The notes below the pieces were generated by a model that saw only the letters and a list, made by a program, of their open reading frames with translations, did not search any database and had not been told where the DNA came from. A DNA stretch of 16,868 nucleotides from a virus (lineage: Duplodnaviria > Heunggongvirae > Uroviricota > Caudoviricetes), in IMG/VR virus record IMGVR_UViG_2671180804_000001. One strand, given 5' to 3'. The position numbers and the translations under genes are program-made. Positions 1 through 6,843 of this stretch are shown one piece after another (the first letter of the stretch is position 1; each line of letters begins with the position of its first letter).

Positions 1-891
1 TTACTTTGTAATGAGATCGGGGTCAACTTCGCTTAACCGGCTTCGTTTTGACAGGTTGCCGGTCTTTCTTTTTTTCACTTTCGCCAGTTCTTCCGCAGAG
101 TAATGCGACGCGACATCCAGCCGTCGAAGCCCCATTTTGATGTACTCGCTGTTGATCTCAATACCAATGAATTTTCGTCCGCTGGCGATGGCTACGGCAC
201 CGGTAGTAAAGCTACCAGCAAACGGGTCGAGAACGATATCGCCTGGGTTGGAAGAGGCGAGAATAATGCGTTTCAGTAAGGCTTCCGGTTTTTGCGTCGG
301 GTGGTTTTCATATTCATCCATCAAATAACGCACGCGCGGAAAATCCCAAACGTTACCCGGTACTTTTTGATGATTGTAAGGCTGTGGAGGATTTTTGCGA
401 TAATCGATCAACGCGCGCTGCGATCCGGTTTTGGCTTCTACCAGAATAGCATCACCGTTGAATGTGTAGTTCTTTGCGTCTTTCACCATCATCAGGATGG
501 GTTCGTACATGGAGCCGTAGTGTTTTTTCGCCTGCACTCCAGAACTGTCATATGACCAGACGATGCGACTTTTGATGGTAAAAAGCTTGCGGCACTGGAG
601 ATCGATAAAGGGCATGTTTTCCGTACTGTTCATGATGTACATGCTGCCCTGCTTTTTCAGAACGCGGTGGCACTCTGCAATCACTTCAAACAGCCAGTCG
701 ATAAACAGATCTTCTTTCCAGGCTTCGATCAGACCATCAAAATTTTTACCGATGTTATATGGTGGGTCGGCAAAGATCAGATCGACACTTTCGGCGGGGA
801 TCTTTTTAAGTTCGGCAAGCGCATCACCGTGAATAATGGTCTTAGCTTCATTACCAAACCGGGTCGGTTCACATCCTGTTCTCATGGTCAC
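1..891 (-). CDS. yhdJ: DNA adenine (N6) methyltransferase, YhdJ-type
   Basis: 296-aa ORF with a DPPY catalytic motif (FADPPYNIG) preceding an AdoMet-binding motif (LDPFAGSFTTG), the order typical of beta-class amino-methyltransferases. Sequence and length match my recollection of enterobacterial YhdJ. The stop codon sits at window positions 1..3. Confidence 0.85.
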   Translation of the reverse strand: MTMRTGCEPTRFGNEAKTIIHGDALAELKKIPAESVDLIFADPPYNIGKNFDGLIEAWKEDLFIDWLFEVIAECHRVLKKQGSMYIMNSTENMPFIDLQCRKLFTIKSRIVWSYDSSGVQAKKHYGSMYEPILMMVKDAKNYTFNGDAILVEAKTGSQRALIDYRKNPPQPYNHQKVPGNVWDFPRVRYLMDEYENHPTQKPEALLKRIILASSNPGDIVLDPFAGSFTTGAVAIASGRKFIGIEINSEYIKMGLRRLDVASHYSAEELAKVKKRKTGNLSKRSRLSEVDPDLITK

Positions 892-910
892 TCCCTTTGT
901 GACACCTATA

Positions 911-946
911 AAAAAGGCGCTTCCCCATGCCGAGTAGCGCCTTTTT
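911..946. terminator. Bidirectional hairpin (possible intrinsic terminator) in the yhdJ-int intergenic region
   Basis: AAAAAGGCGC - 16-nt loop - GCGCCTTTTT: a GC stem flanked by an A-tract on one side and a T-tract on the other. The loop is long, so the call is weak. Confidence 0.35.
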
Positions 947-1114
947 AATCAAGCATTTAGCTAACCTGAATTAGTTCATGCCGTACTGTCAGATTAGCTG
1001 TTTTCATGCTTTGAGGTGGTTTTTATATTTTATTTAAAATCAATTGGTTATATGAAATTATGACTGTATATTGTTCCAGTGCTTTTTGTTGTTTATGCTA
1101 TTATGCAAGCAATT

Positions 1115-1138
1115 CTGTATAAACATTTGTATAAACAC
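1115..1138 (+). promoter_or_regulatory. Tandem 12-bp direct repeat upstream of int (possible operator or arm-type site)
   Basis: ctgtataaacat / ttgtataaacac repeated head to tail, about 20 bp upstream of the integrase start. Confidence 0.3.
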
Positions 1139-1158
1139 TTTGGGCTGGGTAATGGTCT

Positions 1159-2295
1159 ATGGCTGGCGAACTTAACAAACTGAGCGACAGGAAGTTAAAG
1201 GGATTACATGGCATCCCGGCCAGTAAGATTGAGTTTTATGCTGATGGTGCCGGGTTGAGCGCTAAGGTAACTCTCAAAGAGGCCCGTTACTCGCGTGATA
1301 AATGTCGCCAGTGGCTGGCCTCAGGTAAAGACCCAAAGCACCAGTTGGCGCTAACTACTCAGGAAACGCTTAAACCGGTCACGGTGCAGGAAGCTATCGA
1401 ATACTGGATACGCGAATATGCGGAAGAAAACCGTGCGAACGTTGAGCGGCATAAAGCGGAGCTGCGCAAACACATTTACCCTTATATTGGGAAAATGGCG
1501 CTCGCTGACTGCGAAACCCGTTACTGGCTTGACTGCTTTGACAGGATGAAAAAGAAAACGCCGGTTGCTGCGGGTTATGTGTTCCAGATGTGTAAGCAGG
1601 CTTTGAAATTCTGCCGCGTTCGCCGTTACGCCGTCAGTACCGCCCTTGAAGATTTGAGTATTCCCGACGTTGGTAAAAAGCAGGCGAAAAAAGATCGGGT
1701 ACTGAAAGATAAAGAGGTTGGGGGATTGTGGGCAGCGATATCGTCCGGTGATGTTTTTTTGCCTTACTACACAAACTTGCTCAGAATCGCCACTTTGTTT
1801 GGTTGCCGCACCCAGGAGGCTAGATTATCAGAGTGGACCGAATGGGATATGGATGCGTGGGTGTGGACTGTTCCGAAAGCGCATAGTAAAGGCGGTGAAA
1901 AAATTGTACGCCCTGTTCCGGAGGCGATGCGCTCATTCATTGAAATGCTCCACGATGAGACAAAATCATCCGGCTATCTTCTAGGAGTAGTGAAGAATAG
2001 CGAGGCAGTTAGCCAGTGGGGCCGTAGCGTTTATAAAAAACTGGGGCACTCTGAACCCTGGACATTACATGATCTACGGCGAACGCTTGCAACGCATATG
2101 AATGATATGGGTATCGCTCCACACGTTGTTGAACAGTTGCTGGGCCACTCAATGCCGGGGGTTATGGCTATCTATAACCGTAGCCTGTACTTGCCTGAGA
2201 AGCTGGACGCGCTGAACAAATGGTATGACCGCATAGAACTTCTTGCGGGTAATCATCAAAATGTGGTTCTGTTATCTGTAACGAATAGAAATTAA
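1159..2295 (+). CDS. int: Tyrosine site-specific integrase (P4-type)
   Basis: 378 aa. C-terminal catalytic region contains HDLRRT, LLGHS and a tyrosine in AIYNRS, matching the R..HxxR..Y signature of tyrosine recombinases. First in-frame ATG after an upstream stop; RBS is weak. Confidence 0.9.
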   Translation: MAGELNKLSDRKLKGLHGIPASKIEFYADGAGLSAKVTLKEARYSRDKCRQWLASGKDPKHQLALTTQETLKPVTVQEAIEYWIREYAEENRANVERHKAELRKHIYPYIGKMALADCETRYWLDCFDRMKKKTPVAAGYVFQMCKQALKFCRVRRYAVSTALEDLSIPDVGKKQAKKDRVLKDKEVGGLWAAISSGDVFLPYYTNLLRIATLFGCRTQEARLSEWTEWDMDAWVWTVPKAHSKGGEKIVRPVPEAMRSFIEMLHDETKSSGYLLGVVKNSEAVSQWGRSVYKKLGHSEPWTLHDLRRTLATHMNDMGIAPHVVEQLLGHSMPGVMAIYNRSLYLPEKLDALNKWYDRIELLAGNHQNVVLLSVTNRN

Positions 2296-2387
2296 AATGA
2301 TATTGCGGGTCTAGGTCGGCCAACCGAAAAGCGGGATACCCTACCCGTCTGGCCCGCAAATTATTTAGGGGCGTTGAGGGTGACGGT

Positions 2388-3212
2388 ATGGGTATGCCAT
2401 TGCGTGAGTATTATCCTATAACTCGAGCGGCTAGTTTATTAGGATATGAAACGAATGATCTTTTACACTGGGCCTCTACTGGTTCAATACGATTATTCAT
2501 TAATTTCGACGTAACCAACATAACAAAAGGGTATGTTGTATTCACAGATGAAGGCCTTTCTTTGAGAACGAAATTAATTGAAAAAGGTATCGTTTCTGAT
2601 TGGTTTTCGAGGGTTTATAATTTAAAAAATATTAGGGATATTAACAGCCCAGACCCTAAAATAAATTATGATGGGAGTGAGCTTATTTTAAAGGATGCAT
2701 TGGAATGTGGGTTTAGTGGCTTTTGGCAACTACCTAAAACATTCTTTGGATTGACCGAGCTTTATGATATTCATCCTCAATTCTTCCAGGTGTGGATGTC
2801 AGTATCGAACAAGATGATAGTTAACTTTAATAGTGAGGAACCTATTGATTTTGATTTGGCTGATATTTATCTCATGAAAAATGACTTTATCATGTTAAGA
2901 GATAGTAGAGATGGTGAGTCATTACCTAGTTTTTATAATGGCGGTGTATTACCTCCTGACACTGAAGTTTCAACAGTCGCACTAAATCCAGGGAGGGCAG
3001 AACATCATGCAAAAAAGAGAGAGGAAGTATTAAAAGCTGCCATTTATATTAAACATTGCCACCCCGAACTGTGTAACAATTATACTAACTGGGCTAATGC
3101 TATTAGTGACCATGCTCATAAGTTTTGGCGCAGTGGTGAAGCACCCTTATCAATTAAAACTATTGCAGCATTAATTGGTGAGGCTCATAGGCTACCAACA
3201 CCATCATCGTAA
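2388..3212 (+). CDS. Hypothetical protein, AT-rich cargo gene
   Basis: 274-aa ORF with a GAGGGTGA RBS upstream. A sampled 60-nt stretch (2581..2640) is about 27% G+C against about 62% sampled in the primase gene. No Walker A or other motif recognised by eye. Confidence 0.6.
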   Translation: MGMPLREYYPITRAASLLGYETNDLLHWASTGSIRLFINFDVTNITKGYVVFTDEGLSLRTKLIEKGIVSDWFSRVYNLKNIRDINSPDPKINYDGSELILKDALECGFSGFWQLPKTFFGLTELYDIHPQFFQVWMSVSNKMIVNFNSEEPIDFDLADIYLMKNDFIMLRDSRDGESLPSFYNGGVLPPDTEVSTVALNPGRAEHHAKKREEVLKAAIYIKHCHPELCNNYTNWANAISDHAHKFWRSGEAPLSIKTIAALIGEAHRLPTPSS

Positions 3213-3352
3213 GCCGGTTCCCGAGTTAGCCTAATGCCTCCCCGAGTTATGCTAACTCGGGTTTCAATACAAAGAAATATGCATCAAGATTCTCCAAACA
3301 ACGCCAGAACAGATAGGAAGTGTTCCTTCTGAGAGCGTTAACTGGAGGGTTT

Positions 3353-3637
3353 ATGCTAAATACTGTTTTCATCCCACCAACGGCTGAGCAGCGCCGCCAA
3401 ATTCTTAGGGACTACGGATTTGAATATGACCGACGTATTCGTGAGGCCGAATGCTTGGAAATAACTAGTCTTTCCCGCTCTACCCGCTGGAATATGGAAA
3501 ATGATAGTAAGTTTCCCACCCGCTGCCACTTTGGGCGTAACAGCTGCGCATGGCTCCTATCTGACATTCTTTGGTGGGTTCGTAATCCGCCTTCAGTGTT
3601 AAACGTAAATAATCCGCACAGCCGCAAGTCTGCATAA
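3353..3637 (+). CDS. alpA: AlpA-family phage regulatory protein (HTH, Xis-like)
   Basis: The segment ECLEITSLSRSTRWNMENDSKFPTRCHFGRNSCAWLLSDILWWV fits the AlpA pattern (HTH with SRST..., then GRxxxW and a W-containing helix). The ORF track starts at GTG 3320; I prefer ATG 3353 because GGAGGG lies 5 nt upstream. Confidence 0.7.
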   Translation: MLNTVFIPPTAEQRRQILRDYGFEYDRRIREAECLEITSLSRSTRWNMENDSKFPTRCHFGRNSCAWLLSDILWWVRNPPSVLNVNNPHSRKSA

Positions 3638-3753
3638 ACAGTTTAGATAAGATCATTACTGAGCATTTGTTGCGTGCTGTTGCGTTAGTTATACAGCAGT
3701 ATTGCTAACGCTGTCGCGGCGGCTCTCAATTTGAATATATTGGAGCACTGAAA

Positions 3754-4566
3754 ATGTTATCGAAAAAATTTACTGCCTTAACTGGTAGCGGCCAAACTCA
3801 ATCTGAAACCAGCCCGAAGGATATTTCTGGTAATAATTTTGCTGCGCGAATTCCTGTAACCCTAAGCAATATCGGCGGGAAAGAAACTCAGGCTGTAAGC
3901 GGCCGTAAGCTGCATACGTTTCTGGCTGTAGGGCGTGACTTTACCAACTGGATCAAAGGGCGCATTAAGCAGTACGGGTTCGTCGAAGGGGTGGATTATA
4001 TGATTGTCGAATATTTGACCTCGCCAAAACGGGCGAGCTCAAAATCTCGCCAGCGTATTGAGCATGACTACATTGTCAGCCTGAATATGGCTAAAGAGCT
4101 TTCGATGGTTGAACGTAACGCGCAAGGCAAGATGGCCCGCCAGTATTTCATCGACTGTGAAGAGCGTCTGCGCCGCGTAGCGCCAGAGGAATACGAGGCG
4201 GCGTTGCTGGGCTGGCGTAAAAATCGTGTAGCTGCCTGTGAAGATCATAAAAGCATGGCCGATGCAATGAAGGGCTATATTGAGCGTACCGGCGACAGGC
4301 AACACGGATTTGCCTACAGCAATGAATGCTCGTTCCTGAATAGCCTTGTGCTGGGTGTGCATCCTCGAACGTGGGCGAAAAAGAAAGAAATTCCGGTAAA
4401 GCAGGTTCGTGACCATATGAATGCAGATCAACTGGCACAGCTGGCTTATTTGGAAAGCCGTGATTGTGCTCTGCTGGATCTTGATACCCGTACGGCAACC
4501 CGCAAGACAAAACTCACCGAACTGGCACAACGCTGGCTGGTTAGACGTGTTGGAGGTGCCGGATGA
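3754..4566 (+). CDS. Phage antirepressor-like protein (AntA/AntB N-terminal domain)
   Basis: 270 aa. N-terminal segment QAVSGRKLHTFLAVGRDFTNWIKGRIKQYGFVEGVDYMI resembles the AntA antirepressor domain. GGAG RBS 8 nt upstream of the ATG. Confidence 0.65.
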   Translation: MLSKKFTALTGSGQTQSETSPKDISGNNFAARIPVTLSNIGGKETQAVSGRKLHTFLAVGRDFTNWIKGRIKQYGFVEGVDYMIVEYLTSPKRASSKSRQRIEHDYIVSLNMAKELSMVERNAQGKMARQYFIDCEERLRRVAPEEYEAALLGWRKNRVAACEDHKSMADAMKGYIERTGDRQHGFAYSNECSFLNSLVLGVHPRTWAKKKEIPVKQVRDHMNADQLAQLAYLESRDCALLDLDTRTATRKTKLTELAQRWLVRRVGGAG

Positions 4567-4975
4567 TTGCGTATGAAGAAAAGGCGACCTTGCCGGGTCG
4601 CCAGTGCGGAATAAATCAAAAGCAAAATTATATTACCAGGCTGTCTGCTGGTGGTCAAAGGTTGAGCGATACGGGAATGATTGAGTTTTCTCCTGGTATC
4701 TCAGGAACTGCGGCAATGGCGCAGTTAGGGGGTACTGCATTGCAGCATACCCAATCACCTGAGTTTTCAGTAGCGACCATCTCACAGATAGTCGGTTGCA
4801 TTCTCAACACCCGCCAATACTTCCCCCAATGGGGGGAGTGTGAGCCGGTGGCACATACCCTGTTTTTGCGCACCTCATTAGGATGTGTACAAATCCTTCT
4901 TTTGTGCCCCCCCGTTCTGGGGCGCTCAAATATTGAGTGTCGAGGCCAGCGCAATTTTGCGCCCGCTGATTTTAT

Positions 4976-5161
4976 TCAGGATTTTGGCTCTTCTTTTGCC
5001 TTTTGGCGCTGGCGGCGTTTGATTTCGCCTTTCGCAGCAGTGACAAGAAACCCTGCGGTACTTTCACCTTCATGTTTAAAAAGCTCGATATCTTCCATCA
5101 CATCATGGGGGATTCGAACTGTGGTCATTTGTGACTTTGCATTCTTCGCACCTGTTGCCAT
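4976..5161 (-). CDS. Small DNA-binding regulator, ribbon-helix-helix-like (putative repressor)
   Basis: 61 aa with strong AAGGAG RBS on the minus strand. TTVRIPHDVMEDIELF followed by helices and a basic tail fits a beta-strand/helix/helix RHH layout. Transcribed divergently from the replication operon. Confidence 0.5.
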   Translation of the reverse strand: MATGAKNAKSQMTTVRIPHDVMEDIELFKHEGESTAGFLVTAAKGEIKRRQRQKAKEEPKS

Positions 5162-5355
5162 TACTGAAACTCCTTATGTTAGGTGTATTTCAGTATACGC
5201 AAAAAAAATAAAAGAAAAAGGCTTGAAGTGTATTTCACTTTGGGCTAGTTTGAATATTAAAGGTGACATACACCTTTCAAGTGCGAAGCCCGGTAGTGCT
5301 AGGAACACTAACCGGGCCTCTAACCACCGCCGTTAACGTAGATAACGAGGCAGCT
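5162..5355. promoter_or_regulatory. Divergent control region between the RHH regulator and the replication operon
   Basis: 194-bp gap between divergent starts. Contains a 10-bp direct repeat GTGTATTTCA (5183..5192 and 5228..5237), a GTATAC palindrome at 5193..5198, an inverted repeat AGGTG-ACATA-CACCT (5261..5275) and a long imperfect hairpin at 5288..5317. Confidence 0.45.
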
Positions 5356-5631
5356 ATGAAAGATCATATCACACACCCGCAAGGGCGGGATTCTGACAAC
5401 CAAAAATTAATGCCAGCCTACACATGGCTTTTCCTCGGCACACCAAAAGGCCAGACCTGCACACCTGTAGTTATCCGTACTGCCGCCGACACGGAAGAAG
5501 AAGCCCGAGCATGGTATCCCCGTTGGGATCTGACGTTCGCCGCGAAGATTCGCTCTGAATGTTCTTTGTACCAGTACCGCAACGGTGCTTTCGAATTAAC
5601 CGTGTCAGGGCTGGAGGTGCGCCATGCCTAA
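5356..5631 (+). CDS. Hypothetical protein (first gene of replication operon)
   Basis: ATG at 5356 with GAGG RBS 5 nt upstream. The ORF track extends to 5263, but that upstream part overlaps the leader hairpin. 91 aa. Confidence 0.5.
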   Translation: MKDHITHPQGRDSDNQKLMPAYTWLFLGTPKGQTCTPVVIRTAADTEEEARAWYPRWDLTFAAKIRSECSLYQYRNGAFELTVSGLEVRHA

Positions 5632-5815
5632 TCTGAGCATGCTGGATATGGGCGACAAATTTCGCTCTCTGGAAGTCCTGTTAGCTGCGGCGCTGGAAAT
5701 GAACTGGAGTAAAGACGATGAGAGCGATATCGCCGTTGAGTTGATTGATATTGCTCTCCAGCGTTGCCGTGAATTGCGTCAGCAGGTGGATTTACCGGGG
5801 GTGAAGCATGTGTGA
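5624..5815 (+). CDS. Hypothetical protein
   Basis: 63 aa. GGAGG RBS; start overlaps the upstream stop by 8 nt, indicating translational coupling. Confidence 0.5.
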   Translation: MPNLSMLDMGDKFRSLEVLLAAALEMNWSKDDESDIAVELIDIALQRCRELRQQVDLPGVKHV

Positions 5816-6116
5816 TATCTACCATCAACTTGTAAAGCACGCGCCAGATTTCAGAAGACATTCTGATGATGATTTATCTGAGGTTTCTGACGTCTGTGGC
5901 GAGGCAGCACGCGCTGTCAGCAATACCCTTACCCTGATTGGAAACCTGATGCTTGAGGCATCGCTGAGTGAGGAATACAGCAACGAAAACGCACGCCGCG
6001 ACATGATGTTGCTGGGTGACACGCTGCGAAATCTTCCCCGGCTAGCTGAGGCTCTGGAGCAGAACAGTTGCACAGCCAATTTTGTGCTCAGGCAGCGCCA
6101 GGGGGTGTTCAAATGA
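5808..6116 (+). CDS. Hypothetical protein
   Basis: 102 aa. Start overlaps the upstream gene by 8 nt within the same operon. Confidence 0.5.
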   Translation: MCDIYHQLVKHAPDFRRHSDDDLSEVSDVCGEAARAVSNTLTLIGNLMLEASLSEEYSNENARRDMMLLGDTLRNLPRLAEALEQNSCTANFVLRQRQGVFK

Positions 6117-6481
6117 TCAGTAACGTTAAATTCAACGAACTGGAAAAGCGCCTCGATTTGCTGGTGGAGAAGGTACTGAACCTCGAGCTGCAGATCAAAT
6201 CACTCACAGATAGCCAGGGTGGCGAAATCCCCACGGGTATGAGTCCTGTTACTACGCTGGCGGCGGAGTTTGGCATTTCAACCAAGAAGGCCGAAGAACT
6301 AGCGAAAAACACAGGGGTAATGCTGGTACGGCTAAAATCAGGCGGGTTCGTGGCTCCTGATGAGAAATTCAGGGAGGCGGCGCGGCTGGTGCTGCGTAGT
6401 GCAAAACGTAAATACGGATCGGCATACTGGTATCACCCGCTGATTGGTAAGTTCCAGATGAGTGGAGGTATCCCGCAATGA
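6113..6481 (+). CDS. Hypothetical protein with coiled-coil-like N-terminus
   Basis: ATG at 6113 preceded by GGGGGTG and overlapping the upstream stop (ATGA). The ORF track begins at 6068; the internal ATG is better placed. 122 aa. Confidence 0.5.
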   Translation: MISNVKFNELEKRLDLLVEKVLNLELQIKSLTDSQGGEIPTGMSPVTTLAAEFGISTKKAEELAKNTGVMLVRLKSGGFVAPDEKFREAARLVLRSAKRKYGSAYWYHPLIGKFQMSGGIPQ

Positions 6482-6843
6482 CCGATATTTTTGAAGTGAT
6501 AGGCCCATTGTTCCGCAAACTGACCGAAACATGTATTGCTCACCAGATAGCGGAAACCGGTTCGGCAACCTTGCTGGTGGAAAGCGATAAGTATATGGCC
6601 CGCTATCGCTTCACGCTGGAGCCGCGCGTAACTGAAAACGTATTGATGAAATATATGATTTTTGGCTGTTTTGAAGAATTCGGGCGCGATGAGGGGTTAA
6701 GGCGTTTGCGGGATATTCTGCTGACCTGCTTTACCGACGATGGCGATATTAACGAAATGGGGTTGCAGATAGTGAAAAGCTGCCACCTTGAATACCTGCA
6801 TGAAGATTTGGAAGCGGATCTTTCCAATAAGGTGCTGCACTGA
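6478..6843 (+). CDS. Hypothetical protein
   Basis: 121 aa. GGAGG RBS; ATGA overlap with the upstream gene and TGATG overlap with the downstream primase gene. Confidence 0.5.
   Translation: MTDIFEVIGPLFRKLTETCIAHQIAETGSATLLVESDKYMARYRFTLEPRVTENVLMKYMIFGCFEEFGRDEGLRRLRDILLTCFTDDGDINEMGLQIVKSCHLEYLHEDLEADLSNKVLH

Noticed and set aside
892-1158. tRNA gene at the integrase-proximal junction
   Set aside because: No sequence here resembles a tRNA (no conserved T-loop GTTCRANYC-like element or acceptor-stem pairing recognisable by eye). The region is AT-rich with only a simple hairpin and a tandem repeat.
1718-1984. 88-aa alternative-frame ORF inside the integrase gene (and minus-strand 2168..2359)
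   Set aside because: Embedded in or antisense to the integrase CDS; Cys/Arg-rich translation; no RBS.
4655-4954. 99-aa minus-strand ORF in the ORF-free gap
   Set aside because: Arg/Trp/Cys-rich translation with no RBS, within a GC-hairpin-rich region. More likely non-coding.
4563-5336. 257-aa plus-strand ORF spanning the gap after the antirepressor gene
   Set aside because: Translation is W/R/C/S-rich and unlike a protein. It overlaps the well-supported minus-strand RHH gene (AAGGAG RBS) and the divergent control region. No RBS at its start.
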